A DNA stretch of 59,390 nt, filler included, from Basidiobolus meristosporus CBS 931.73 (GCA_002104905.1; 4 parts of 4 records of this genome joined end to end with filler, not necessarily neighbours in it), one strand, 5' to 3'. Numbered from the whole stretch's first letter, positions 35,654-48,814 are shown. Translations and numbers: made by a program. The notes: generated by a model not told the origin, from the sequence alone.

Positions 35654-36377
35654 ATCAAGTGGTACCGAATACCGGTACATTCCTATGTCACGATCACGTA
35701 TAGGCGAATAAAGTCACGATACCTTCATTACTAAGAAATTATGGCATCACCCGTCGTGGTAATTTGATGTATTTGGTAATTTTTACGACTGCTAGTGCCA
35801 GGAATGTGGATGTATTTCGATTTCGCAGTTGGAATTTTTGATCATTCTGAGTGGAACGGCATTCGGGTAGGAAAGAAAAATGGCTGGGATCACAAGCACA
35901 ATCTAAAATTGCGCCATTTTGGCACTTCGCATGCAAAACGGTATATAAGGAAAGCTGTTGGATGGTGCCATAACCACATTGATTGTTTCTGTGAAAATGT
36001 TCACGCCCACTCCTGATATGTGGAAAGGATCAGCAATCGTTCGTTCGTGTGCTGATCGATACTATATTGGCCATTGACTTCCACTTGATACGTTTTTCTC
36101 AAAGCTTCTGAAATGGGAGTATTCCTGTTTACTACAAATGCACACACTTATACTGCACATATCAAGTGATGGCCGAATACCTGTAATCACCGACTGGCTT
36201 GAAGTATGATAATCAGTCTAGTGCCGTCATTACTTGCCGTGTGAAAGCATTATCAAGGTCACGATATATGTTGACGGACATTATTACAACTCAATAAACC
36301 ATGGGTTTGAAAAGGCTATATAAGAGGCTAATGAGCCATTACCTAACGATATCAATACCGCCGAAAATCAATCTACC

Positions 36378-37641
36378 ATGGTCAACTTCCGCACTTTCAC
36401 TTTGGGCTCTCTGGTTGCCATTCTTCTGACTGCGCAACTTACTGAGGCTCAAATCGTCGACGTCTCCAACAAGTACATCGTCAAGATCAAGGAAGGTGCT
36501 GACTCCAACAAAGGTAGGAATGCAAGATCGTGGCATGATTGACATGGCAGGACCGTCTAACCAATACCTGCCGTTGCTCACTGTAGTTGACCAATTCCTG
36601 AAGACCAAGCTTGACCAGTACAACCGTGGTCGCAGTGGTAACAATGGCCTGAAGAATGAGCTCAAGAGCAAGTTCTCGTTGGAGAGCTTCAACGCCTATG
36701 CCGGCACTCTCAGTCAAGGCTTGGTCTCCGAGCTCAAGGCTCATGGAGATGTTGAGTATGTCGAGGCTGAGCAAGTGTTCACCATCTCCGGTGTTCAGAC
36801 TAACCCGCCAAGCTGGGGACTGCCAAGAATCTCTCAGCGTGCTCGTGACACCAGTGCCCCTTACAACTACCCCGACTCAGCCGGCGAGGGTGTGGATGTG
36901 TACATCATTGATACTGGCATCAATGTCAAACACACCGACCTCGGTGGTAGAGCCACCCTCCCCGTGAGCTTCATCACTGGTGAGGCCACCGACGACCTCA
37001 ATGGCCATGGCACTCATGTGTCAGGTACTGTTGGCGGCAACACCTATGGTGTGGCCAAGAAGGCCAAGCTCATCGGAGTCAAGGTGCTGAGCGGTAGTGG
37101 AAGTGGGACCACCTCGGGTGTCATCTCAGGAGTCAACTGGGTTGCCGAGCAAGCCAAGAAGAGTGGCCGTAAGAGTGTCGCCAACATGTCGCTCGGCGGT
37201 GGCAACAGTGAGGCACTGAAGCAGGCAGTCAATGCTGCTGTCCAAGCTGGTGTCACTTTCATTGTTGCCGCTGGTAATGAGAGCCAAGATGCCTGCAACG
37301 TCTCCCCCGCCAACGCCGCTCAAGCATTCGCTGTTGGGGCCACCACCATCTCTGACACCCTGGCCAGCTTCAGCAACTACGGCAAGTGTGTGAAGATCTT
37401 GGCCCCAGGCCAGGACATCACTTCTGCATGGATCGGAGGCACCAGCGCATCCAAGAAGATCTCTGGCACCAGTATGGCTAGTCCACATGTTGCTGGTGTT
37501 GCTGCGTTGTACTTGTCGCAAGGTGGATTGAACACCCCAGCCGAAGTCTACACTGCACTCCAATCCAAGGCCACCAAAGACGCCATTACCGGATTGAAGG
37601 GAACTACCCCTAACCTATTGGTATTCAATTCCAATCAGTAA
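36378..37641 (+). CDS. Subtilisin copy 3; intron 36514-36586
   Basis: Same 1264-nt structure and triad. Confidence 0.96.
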
Positions 37642-39146
37642 ATCACTCAACATTTTTGTTGTCGTTAAGATGAAAATAAAAGTATCTGGTTAAATATTAG
37701 CGTATATATATATTGATTGAGGCACGTAGACCAAGTGTTATGAAATCGCTCTTCTTGTGGGGTACCTGTGTTAACTCACCTGTCACCCAAGGATAGAACG
37801 TATTTTACTAGTTTTGTTTACACCATGCGTAAATAATGAGCCGGATTGCTCATGATCCATAACAATGATAAAAATCGAATTATTTTTGTTTGAATCTTTT
37901 CACGGATGCTATCCACTTAGGAGCATCAAATTTGTTCAGATTCGAGGAAACTAGCAATTAGTTATTGCATGCTAGTTTGTTGTCCAAATGGAAATATATG
38001 AACTGGTGATTTTCATAGCTTGAACCCCAAACACTGGTGTATACTATGGCTAAACCCTTACCAGGGCATCTTGCGATTGAGTAAAGATTGATCAACAACC
38101 TGAACATAATTAAATGCAGCCATTCCCATCAAATCTATCATATTTTTGATATGATACCTGATTATTATTTCAAGTTCTGTTTAATCCCTGCTTCGTCTAA
38201 GGTACTTTTTTGCAGGGTTTACCTGTTAGCTTGTTGAGATCATTGGACCGTTGCTAATGAGCAAAAAACCAACACTTAATGCCGGTAGCACGCTATAAAT
38301 ATTACCACGTCAAAAAATCCACTGGACAATATTTTAGCATTCATTCATGTGGCGCAATTAAAGCTCATCTCATTTCTTGATGAGCATTGATATTACGGAA
38401 TATATGTCGCGTAGAGGATTCGATGATATTCTGAGAACGCACATCCTCAAAATTCCTACAGGTATCATGCAGCTGCAATCCTCACTACCCAATGTGTAAA
38501 GGTTGAAGGTAGCATATGAAAAAATAAGTAATAATCAATAATTCTTCGCAGTCAGTCGGGTTGGCTTCCGAACTGTTCATACGAAATTGTGAAAGCCATA
38601 CACTACAGTACTCATCAATGTAAACTAAGGTTATTGTGAGTATTTCAAAAGTAATAAAATACCATCTTGGAAAGCACACGAGAGATTTCATTCACTTCAA
38701 TGGACTTCACGCATCTTTTCTATGAGGTCAGGATTATCCGAGTATAGTCGGACCATTTGGTCCGATTGGGGTAATCTACTTGCAAGTTGATCATTGATTA
38801 ATGCGGATGATCAAGTTATCTCGGTCTTCCAATCAATCAGTAACTGAGAGATTCAACGTTGATTGATCAGCAGTGAATATTTCTGCGAAGTTGTGAGGAA
38901 GGTGATTTCAGAAATCCTTGATATCACTGAGCGAATCGCTATTTTCCCTCGAGGCCATGCCCAATAGCGTAAATCACGCACCAAAATCCCAGTTTCTCGC
39001 TTGATCCAACGAAAAGCAGTGGTTGTTAATCATCGCTCTGACAACTATGGAAGCTGTATGGAATGTATTGAATTCGCTATAAAAAGGCACTCGTGGGTCC
39101 ACCAAAATGGCAGAACACAAGCCTAACACTTCATCTACTTCGCAAT

Positions 39147-39490
39147 ATGGCCGGATCGGTGAGTACACATGCCCACTCTATTCGTAATTCAATACAGTGG
39201 TCTGATCTTCATCTAATCCCCAGCAAACATACAAATTCCAAGTTGGCATGACCTGCTCTGGTTGCACTGGTGCTGTCAACAGGGTTCTCACCAAGCTCAA
39301 CGGTAACTGGCACATCTAGAAGCGAAACGATGTACTCGATAGGCACTAATCACCTTCCGTATTTCTCTTAGGCGTTACAAAAGTGGAGATTTCCTTGGAG
39401 CAACAGCTCGTTGTTGTTGAAGGGACCGCTTCTCAGGAGGAGATCATGAACACCATCAAGAAAACTGGCAAAACGGTGACTCCGCTTTGA
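39147..39490 (+). CDS. ATX1: ATX1-like copper chaperone (HMA domain), 69 aa; exons 39147-39158, 39224-39302, 39372-39490
   Basis: Spliced protein MAGSQTYKFQVGMTCSGCTGAVNRVLTKLNGVTKVEISLEQQLVVVEGTASQEEIMNTIKKTGKTVTPL, with the MxCxxC motif and KTGK. Introns GTGAGT...CTAAT...CAG and GTAACT...CTAAT...TAG; upstream TATAAA. Missed by the ORF track. Confidence 0.93.
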
Positions 39491-41060
39491 AAACAGAGAG
39501 TACATGTTACAATGGACTCTCAGCATCGACCAGATACCTTCCTAATTACCCTGTACAATTGCCCAAATCTCCTGTTTAAATTTCCAATAAAATGCTTGCA
39601 TGCTAAATACGAGTTATTGTATCCTCGGTATAATTCCCACACTAGGTTTGCACTGATTGCAGCCATTAGGTACGGTAAGACCTCACAACTTTGTTGACCG
39701 TTCGAACACACGGTCTATTCCCTAAATGAGCCCATGGTACGCTTCATGTGGTAACGGTAGGATTTTCAATCCCATCATTAAATTGAACATAAAGGATAAG
39801 TAGGGGAAATGCCAGAATGGACACAGTGAGAAAAGCGGGGTGGTTTAAGGTTCTTATGTATTTCAAATACCGACCAAAATTTCGGAAATTTATCAACGTT
39901 GAGTATGGAATCAATAATACGGTATATTTGAAATCAAGCGAGAAATCAATGTGGTGGTAAAATCGGGACTTGGGTGAATTACCTGATGAAACGGTTTCTC
40001 ACTGGTGGCTACTGACCAGTTCACCCATCAAGCCTGGGATGGAATCATCGATAGTACGCTCTGATCATCAACGTGATTGAGAATTGCCTTCTGAATAGAA
40101 TCGAACCTTCCCAGTTATCTGTCGCACCTCAAACACCGGAAATAACCCAGTCTTTTTACAGGCTCAGTTGCTTTAGGTATTCCGTCATAATTGTGGCCGA
40201 TGGGTGGCTTCAATGATAATGCAGTAAACAACGATCACGTATTATGAGCATGTACTTGCCATTCGCAAAGCTCAAAGGACTCTAGAGCGTGCTGATGATA
40301 CCACGGTCTTTTACAGTATGATGAACTAATTGGTGAGATTATTAACCTCTGGCACTGATACCACCTTCGCCAAGAATGACTGGGTTTCCCAGGTAATATG
40401 ACTTCAACCCAAAACACCACTTAGTATCCATGATTATGACTGCTTGGCCCATCAAGATCTTAGAGCTGCAAAGCCAGATGGTTGACAAATTATTTGGTGA
40501 TATAAGGTACGGCGTGATGGTTAGGATACGGACAAAAATATGATGATTTCGGCCGACAACTGTACTCTGTACTGCAGAGAAGCTACTTGGGACGCATATC
40601 CGGAGTATGGGTATCCTACATGTAACAAGCTCCATCTGCAAAAATATGCCAAATCGACTAAAATGGGAATCAGAAATATTTCTCATCAAGTGATGGAATG
40701 ATGTGCACGATATTCACATATGCATTCCCGAAATATGGAAGCGATCAGCGAGTGTTCCCAGAGATACACGATCCGATGCATATTCTGAAAGAGATTGATT
40801 TGTACAGAAGCAGATATACGGGTTCTCAAGAGCCACCAATTACTTACAAGTGGTAAACCTGGACAGAGTTCATATGATCTAAAGAAATCCCACCATTGCT
40901 CATGATTTATCTTATGTTTAATAGAATACCTTAGTAAATATAGAAGATGGAAGTCATATAGAATGGGAATGAGAATTATGAGACATATTCATTCTCTATA
41001 ACACTATAAAAAGTGACAAACAAGCGTGAAGCCAATTAACGAATTACATTACTCACCACT

Positions 41061-42324
41061 ATGGTCAATTTCCGTACTTTCACTTTAGGCTCTCTGGTTG
41101 CCATTCTCTTGACTGCCCAACTGACCGAGGCTCAAATCGTCGACGTCTCCAACAAGTACATCGTCAAGATCAAGGAAGGTGCTGACTCCAACAAAGGTAG
41201 GAATGCAAGATCGTGGCATGATTGACATGGCAGGACCGTCTAACCAATACCTGCCGTTGCTCACTGTAGTTGACCAATTCCTGAAGACCAAGCTTGACCA
41301 GTACAACCGTGGTCGCAGTGGTAACAATGGCCTGAAGAATGAGCTCAAGAGCAAGTTCTCGTTGGAGAGCTTCAACGCCTATGCCGGCACCCTCAGTCAA
41401 GGCTTGGTCTCCGAGCTCAAGGCTCATGGAGATGTTGAGTATGTCGAGGCTGAGCAAGTGTTCACCATCTCCGGTGTTCAGACTAACCCACCAAGCTGGG
41501 GACTGCCAAGAATCTCTCAGCGTGCTCGTGACACCAGTGCCCCTTACAACTACCCCGACTCAGCTGGCGAGGGTGTGGATGTGTACATCATTGATACTGG
41601 CATCAATGTCAAGCACACCGACCTCGGTGGTAGAGCCACCCTCCCCGTGAGCTTCATCACTGGTGAGGCCACTGACGACCTCAATGGCCATGGTACTCAT
41701 GTGTCAGGTACTGTTGGCGGCAACACCTATGGTGTGGCCAAGAAGGCCAAGCTCATCGGAGTCAAGGTGCTGAGCGGTAGTGGAAGTGGGACCACCTCGG
41801 GTGTCATCTCAGGAGTCAACTGGGTTGCCGAGCAAGCCAAGAAGAGTGGCCGTAAGAGTGTCGCCAACATGTCGCTCGGCGGTGGCAACAGCGAGGCACT
41901 GAAGCAGGCAGTCAATGCTGCTGTCCAAGCTGGTGTCACCTTCATTGTTGCCGCTGGTAATGAGAGCCAAGATGCCTGCAACGTCTCCCCCGCCAACGCC
42001 GCTCAAGCATTCGCTGTTGGGGCCACCACCATCTCTGACACTCTGGCCAGCTTCAGCAACTACGGCAAATGTGTGAAGATCTTGGCCCCAGGCCAGGACA
42101 TCACTTCTGCCTGGATTGGAGGCACCAACGCATCCAAGAAGATCTCTGGCACCAGTATGGCTAGTCCACATGTTGCTGGTGTTGCTGCGTTGTACTTGTC
42201 GCAAGGTGGATTGAACACCCCAGCCGAAGTCTACACTGCACTCCAATCCAAGGCCACCAAAGACGCCATTACCGGATTGAAGGGCACCACCCCTAATCTA
42301 TTGGTATTCAACTCCAACCAGTAA
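41061..42324 (+). CDS. Subtilisin copy 4; intron 41197-41269
   Basis: Same 1264-nt structure and triad. Confidence 0.96.
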
Positions 42325-43242
42325 AGGATCGAGTAATCATAGTATGATATACGTAAGATTGAATAAAGCCACCACATTATCTACAATACTTGAAATTTAT
42401 GGAACAAAGGCAAAAGGCATATTGTGACTTGCATCAATCAGTTAAGAAATAACAACGCCATAAGTGCGACTATAATTCAATCCTATTGTCTCTAGTTGCG
42501 GAAAACATCTAGCAATTTGTTGAGGTACGAGGTTTAGGAACGAAATTGGATGGTTGGAATCACAAGGACTCACCAAAAATTCGACATTTGGGCACTTTAC
42601 AAGTAATAATATCGTGATAGGGATGTCACTAGGCAGTCAGGTGATATCCAGGTGTATTCAGGAGTTCATTCCGGATATGTGGAAAGGATCGACAATGATT
42701 TCTGCATATTCAGTGGCAGAACCGGTTGGCTTCTCGATTGCGGGTGGTTCTAGTTTATTTGAAGTTTACCGTAATCATGGAAATTCTGTGGGAAAAGTCA
42801 CATCACGCCATAAATCAATGGAGATGGTAAGCAATGGCAATGTAGATTTCCTTCCGAGCTTCCCCCACGGCGAGGAATTCGAGAGAATTATTGTGAGATA
42901 AGCTCGAAATATGGAAATGATCAGCAGGCATGTGTTTACGTGTCCTATTAACTTGATCAATAACCAAGAGTAGATGGCCATGGTAATTTTCAAGATTCCG
43001 ATGCACGACAGTAAGCCGTACCAGTTTTTTCGTGTATGAGACAACTAGGTAACTCGAAGAAGAGTGATCATGGGAGAAATATTGCTCTGCATGTCGAGAT
43101 CACTATTAACTTTGGATTATCAAAGGTAAAGTTCCCAAGGGTACTAAATATATGGTTCATAGAAATATACAATATTGCGCACTATAAAAGAGGGCAACCA
43201 AGTGTTGAAACGCATCATCATTTTCTGATCTAATATTGTAGT

Positions 43243-44390
43243 ATGGTCAATTTCCGCACTTTCACTTTGGGTTCTCTGGTTGCCATTCTTCTGACTGCGC
43301 AACTTACTGAGGCTCAAATCGTCGACGTCTCCAACAAGTACATCGTCAAGATCAAGGAAGGTGCTGACTCCAACAAAGGTAGGAATGCAAGATCGTGGCA
43401 TGATTGACATGGCAGGACCGTCTAACCAATACCTGCCGTTGCTCACTGTAGTTGACCAATTCCTGAAGACCAAGCTTGACCAGTACAACCGCGGTCGCAG
43501 CGGTAACAATGGCCTGAAGAATGAGCTCAAGAGCAAGTTCTCGTTGGAGAGCTTCAACGCCTATGCCGGCACCCTCAGTCAAGGCTTGGTCTCCGAGCTC
43601 AAGGCTCATGGAGATGTTGAGTATGTCGAGGCTGAGCAAGTGTTCACCATCTCCGGTGTTCAGACTAACCCGCCAAGCTGGGGACTGCCAAGAATCTCTC
43701 AGCGTGCTCGTGACACCAGTGCCCCTTACAACTACCCCGACTCAGCTGGCGAGGGTGTGGATGTGTACATCATTGATACTGGCATCAATGTCAAGCACAC
43801 CGACCTCGGTGGTAGAGCCACCCTCCCCGTGAGCTTCATCACTGGTGAGGCCACTGACGACCTCAATGGCCATGGCACTCATGTGTCAGGTACTGTTGGC
43901 GGCAACACCTATGGTGTGGCCAAGAAGGCCAAGCTCATCGGAGTCAAGGTGCTGAGTGGTAGTGGAAGTGGCACCACCTCGGGAGTCATCTCAGGAGTCA
44001 ACTGGGTTGCCGAGCAAGCCAAGAAGAGTGGCCGTAAGAGTGTCGCCAACATGTCGCTCGGCGGTGGCAACAGTGAGGCACTGAAGCAGGCTGTCAATGC
44101 TGCTGTCCAAGCTGGCGTCACCTTCATTGTTGCCGCTGGTAATGAGAGCCAAGATGCCTGCAACGTCTCCCCTGCCAACGCCGCTCAAGCATTCGCTGTT
44201 GGGGCCACCACCATCTCTGACACTCTGGCCAGCTTCAGCAACTACGGCAAGTGCGTGAAGATCTTGGCCCGGCCAGACATCACTTCTGCCTGGATTGGAG
44301 GCACCAACGCATCCAAGAAGGATCTCTGGCACCAGTATGGCTAGTCACATGTTGCTGGTGTTGCTGCGTTGTACTTGTCGCAAGGTGGAT
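43243..44390 (+). CDS. Subtilisin copy 5, runs off the contig end; intron 43379-43451; indels in the last ~130 bp
   Basis: Identical architecture. Small indels cluster at the contig end (~44268-44347) and are probably low-quality sequence. Confidence 0.9.
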
Positions 44391-44490
44391 NNNNNNNNNN
44401 NNNNNNNNNNNNNNNNNNNNNNNNNNNNNNNNNNTTAATTAATTAANNNNNNNNNNNNNNNNNNNNNNNNNNNNNNNNNNNNNNNNNNNN
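44391..44490. other. Artificial contig spacer
   Basis: 44 N + TTAATTAATTAA + 44 N. Confidence 0.99.
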
Positions 44491-45311
44491 AAAGTAGGTT
44501 CTACGCTCAAAATGAAGGCAGGCCTTAGTACACCAAAACGATGCCGGGATTGACTTGGGCTTCATAAAAGAGTTTTAGCGCAAATATATGGTGTAGCTAG
44601 GCTAAAGAGTATATGCTCAAATTATGGTAGTTTTCATATACAAAACGGTGATAGGCTTGAAAGTAAACATGGTTCTTATAATACTACACAGACGTGAATT
44701 CGTAGCAACGGCGCTCGATATTGTCAGAAACCCGAAAGTGCGTAGAAGAAATACCTTTTGATAGATATTGATGACCAATAATGCAGTATTTGTTGCGAAA
44801 GAGTAGAACTTTATTTTATACTGGCCCGATCTGGGTATCTCGCATTAGGGTTCAACAGGTATTTTGCATTTTACCAGCTTGTGTTTCTCGTCTACTTGGC
44901 CAATGATATAGTCCAGTGAGCATAAATTACTGCACTAGAGTGGCTTCACTATCCCTGAATTCTACGGTGGAACATAATTCCCGATTAGAATAATAAAAAT
45001 ACCCGTTGAAGTGGTGTAGATAACTTAATATGGTTAGCACAAAAGTGTCATATCATCCGTATTCTCACGTCTGTTTAATCGCTACTTATTGTTACTGCCA
45101 CCCGCTATTTATGCCATTTATCAGCATGCGTTCAGAGCAACACTAGTTCTGACCATAAATGGATTGATAACTCGATTGCCAAACGAGTTACGTGTCAGGT
45201 GAAAATCTGGAAATGAACCAGAAATTTCCAAGCATTTGTCATCCAACTGCAAGAACCCAGTATAAAAAAGCGACACAATGGGTTCAGGTAGGTATTCAGC
45301 ACAACACAACA

Positions 45312-46040
45312 ATGCCAGCCAATCTTCCACGCAGAGCACTACTTGCCATCACCAGCTATAACGAGCCCTTCTACGCCAATGGCAGCAAGACTGGGCTCTT
45401 CTATACGGAAGCGTTGCATCCATACGAAGCACTGGTCGAGGCCGGGTTCGAGGTCGACTTCGCCTCCGAGACTGGCACTTACGGAGTGGACGAGCACTCC
45501 TTGTCGAAAGACTTTCTCACCGAGGATGACCAAAAAGTGCTAGACGATCCAGAGCATCCTTTCAATGTCAAACTGAACTCACAGCTTCGCAAGGCGGCGG
45601 ACCTCAACCCTGCCGACTATGGCCTATTCTTTGCTTCTGCCGGCCACGCGACCTTGTGGGATTACCCTACGGCTCGTGGCCTGCAGCATATTGCCGAGGA
45701 CATATACAAGCGTGGAGGGGTTGTTTCAGCCGTGTGCCATGGGCCAGCCATTCTCCCTGGCATCATTGACAGCACCACAGGCAAATCCATCATCGCTGGC
45801 AAGAAGGTCACCGGGTTCACCACCGAGGGTGAGGTGATGTTGAGCCTGCTTGACATTATCAAGTCAGCCAATGTGGCTACAATCGAGGAAGGAGCGGCTG
45901 CTGTTGGGGCCGAGTACGTGGCACCACCTACTCCATTTGCCGACTTCACGCAAACTGACGGCCGAGTTGTCACCGGAGCTAACCCAGCAAGCGCAAGATC
46001 CACCGCCGAGGATGCCATCAAGGTGTTCTCAAGTCTCTAG
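45312..46040 (+). CDS. HSP31: DJ-1/Hsp31-like glyoxalase III, 242 aa
   Basis: Same protein as 15256-15984; true ATG taken at 45312 (MPANLPRR). Confidence 0.93.
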   Translation: MPANLPRRALLAITSYNEPFYANGSKTGLFYTEALHPYEALVEAGFEVDFASETGTYGVDEHSLSKDFLTEDDQKVLDDPEHPFNVKLNSQLRKAADLNPADYGLFFASAGHATLWDYPTARGLQHIAEDIYKRGGVVSAVCHGPAILPGIIDSTTGKSIIAGKKVTGFTTEGEVMLSLLDIIKSANVATIEEGAAAVGAEYVAPPTPFADFTQTDGRVVTGANPASARSTAEDAIKVFSSL

Positions 46041-46300
46041 AGGGCTATATCAGTGTATAAAGTAGATAGACATTCAATAAACTCTTGTACTTGTTCAGTA
46101 TCAATTCTAACTCGGAATACTGCAATACATTTGAGCTTCAACCATGATGAACGATTTATTGCATCTGACGATGGTAAATCTATTGAATGCCATAGAGTGC
46201 CGAAAAGAAATAACACCTCTGGCTTATTGCAGCATTGTACTTCTGTATTTTCTCCGGTGGGGGTTAACATAATGGGATCTACTTCCCAATTCGAGCTAAT

Positions 46301-46540
46301 AACCAACTTACGCGCGTAAAATTTCGACAAATGTCGAACTAAACTCTTTGGCTGTTAATCTTATACTCATAAACAAAATTTTAAAAAACTTTCGAGCGCA
46401 AATATTTTTTTAAATCCAAATTTAACCCAAAAACCAACTTACGCGCGGAAATTTTGGACAAATGTTGTAATAAACTCTTTGGTTGCCGATCCTATACTTA
46501 TAAACAAAAATATTTTTAAAGCGTAAATATATCTTTTTAA
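46301..46540. repeat. Two diverged ~131-bp AT-rich tandem units
   Basis: AACCAACTTACGCGCG...AAACTCTTTGG...TATAC..ATAAACAAAA starts at 46301 and 46432. Confidence 0.8.
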
Positions 46541-46554
46541 TCTTGAACGCATAT

Positions 46555-46709
46555 TCTTAGGACTTGCTGATCACGTTCTATGTACTTGTTCTGCCAAGAC
46601 CATGTAGAAGTATAACTACCACTCTTATATTCAACAAATCACCAAGTTAAAACCACGCATTCTACTTGATTGCCTATCCATTTTCAGTATCTCCAGAACT
46701 CTTACAACA
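46555..46709 (+). mobile_element. 3' half of a Copia-family LTR
   Basis: GCCAAGACCATGT...AAAACCAC...TATCTCCA.AACTCTTACAACA, as in 18729-19059. Confidence 0.6.
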
Positions 46710-47457
46710 TTATCAAGAGTGATTGATCAGCAGTGTGCACTTCTGAGGTGCTCAATCAGTAGCACATGAAGTGATTGGAAATGGCTAGCTTTAATATAAA
46801 ACATAGCATACTCCCACACTCAATGAAGTTCTTCTCCTGAAAGATCTTGTTTATCTGACTTGCATTACTAGTATTTGGCCATGAGAACATTATAACTCTA
46901 CTTCTCTTAGTCTTTCCTTATGCATTAGGCCCTCTTATACCTTGCCTGACATATTTGCTTATTAAAATGCGTTGAAAATACTCCTCTTGCAATACTTTGA
47001 ATATGAGCGGCTTGGTGGCTTATCTGGTTAGTTGCTTAAGCTACATATTGCACTAACAACCGCTCACATTGAACCATCTCAATGTGATGTCTCTAAACCA
47101 ACTCCTCCAGCGTATAGATGCCTATGTTACTTCTATCCGTCTATACTCTTTTAGCATGTTGGTCAATGTGCCTAGATTAGCTCATCCATATAATCAACAT
47201 ATACTGATGTTAACCATCGGTGAAGAACCATTACTTGCTTTTCTTCATAAGAGGGCAAAAATTTTACTTCGTTTGCAAATATTACATGTTTCGCAGAGAG
47301 GGGTGAAATTCCTTTTATTTCTGTGAATAATACTACAGATTTGCGTACAGCTGAAATGGTATCATTAAACCTTGATACTCAAGAAAGACAGAAATAAAAG
47401 GCTGATAAGATTTTGCCTGAGGTTCTGGTTGGACACAATTAGAGCCCAAAACATTTG

Positions 47458-47523
47458 CGAGGCGCATGGGACTTGAACCCACAATCCCCAGATCCGAAGT
47501 CTGATGCCTTATCCATTAGACCA
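47458..47523 (-). pseudogene. tRNA-Arg(UCG) pseudogene missing its first 7 nt
   Basis: Matches 50379-50444 with 2 substitutions, then switches to an LTR start TGTTACA at 47524. Confidence 0.88.
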
Positions 47524-47800
47524 TGTTACAATAGTCTGTACAGAGTAAGAGTCACTCGATGTAGTGACATCAACGCATACAAGACGATAGTACAGAAAAG
47601 CAATCAAAGACAAATCACAGATCACAACAAGTATAAATACAAACAAGTAATAAAAAAAGATTGTATAGCAGAAACGTAGTAGAAGAATATATGAATATAT
47701 TACAAAGTCACACTAACTTAAGAATATCTACATACTGTCGAATACAAGATAACATATAGTATCCTTTCGTACTCTCTAAAGACATACTTAAGTAGTAACA
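47524..47800 (+). mobile_element. Solo LTR, family W
   Basis: TGTTACA...GTAACA with a TATAAATA box; homologous to 56964-57286 (ACAGAGTAA.GAGTCACTC.ATGT.AGTGA.ATCAACGCATACAA). Confidence 0.72.
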
Positions 47801-48006
47801 AACGACAGAACATCAGATGATCAGACATATATATGTCACTGTGTGATGATGTTTCAATATATGCTCACTGTTGGGCAAACTTGAGACAATAGTCTATGCA
47901 AGCAATCGGGAATTGTGTTAAAAGCAGGTCCAGCGCTAAAAATAAAGACAGACCTTGTTATACCAGCAAAGTGGGAGAACCGGACTTGAATATCATAACA
48001 CTCATG

Positions 48007-48814
48007 TGTCGTGGTTAGGTCATCAGCATCTTCAAACCATCACAGTCGGAGACCTACCCCAGAACCATCCGTCGATTATTACTAAAATTAGGCAAATGAC
48101 ACTAAGACATGCATATAGCGAATGTAGCTCACAAAAGTATAAATTAGCAAACACGTTAGAAAATAAACCAGCTTTTTTCCTTCCATCCGACCTTGACCAT
48201 TGAACCCCAATTCCTGGCTAGTATCCTTGGTAGTACATACTACGACAGTGGTAGCAGCGACTTAACAAAAACCCCAAGATAACTATACCTTACCATGAGT
48301 GAGAACGAAATTGTACAGCAGTTACTTAACACCCAGAACCTTATATTAGAACATCTTACAAGAACCAATTCAACAAGACATCCCAAGGTCAGGTTATCCA
48401 CCCCAGATGTGTATCGTGGACAGAGAGTGGCACATGAGATCGAAGCATGGTTATTTGCAGTAGACCGATTACGGTGAAGCTATACAATTAACACCAGCAC
48501 AGAAGGTTAATTATGCTATATCATTGCTACGGGATGATGCAGCTATATGGTGGAGATGTGAACACCCAATGGAACCACAGGAGGCCTGGGAATGTTTCAA
48601 AACAAAGTTATATGCAGAATTCAAGCCGTCAAATTACTTGCAACTGGCTCGGGATACGTTAGCCACTATGCAACAAATAGCCTCGGTTGCCAACTATGTC
48701 ACTGAATTCAGGAACATCATCCTACAGATTCCAACAATAACAGAAGATGAGAAACTTGATTGATTTGTACGTGGACTGAAACCACGTACTGAAGTAGAAG
48801 TCAAGCGAGACATG
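48007..48814 (+). mobile_element. Ty3/Gypsy relic, family Z: 5' LTR 48007-48247, PBS 48249-48259, decayed gag
   Basis: LTR TGTCGT...ACGACA. PBS TGGTAGCAGCG (initiator-Met type). Gag remnants LRDDAAIWW and VANYVTEFRNIILQIP...D*FVRGLK. Confidence 0.85.

Noticed and set aside
44260-44390. Frameshifts in subtilisin copy 5, and the extra C in DJ-1 near 59293, as real pseudogenisation
   Set aside because: The subtilisin indels cluster at a contig end and the DJ-1 one is in a homopolymer; more likely sequence error until reads are checked.
45192-45311. N-terminal extensions of DJ-1 ORFs (282 and 280 aa) and subtilisin ORFs starting inside exon 1 or the intron
   Set aside because: Non-ATG starts that differ between copies; the conserved ATG and the spliced model fit better.
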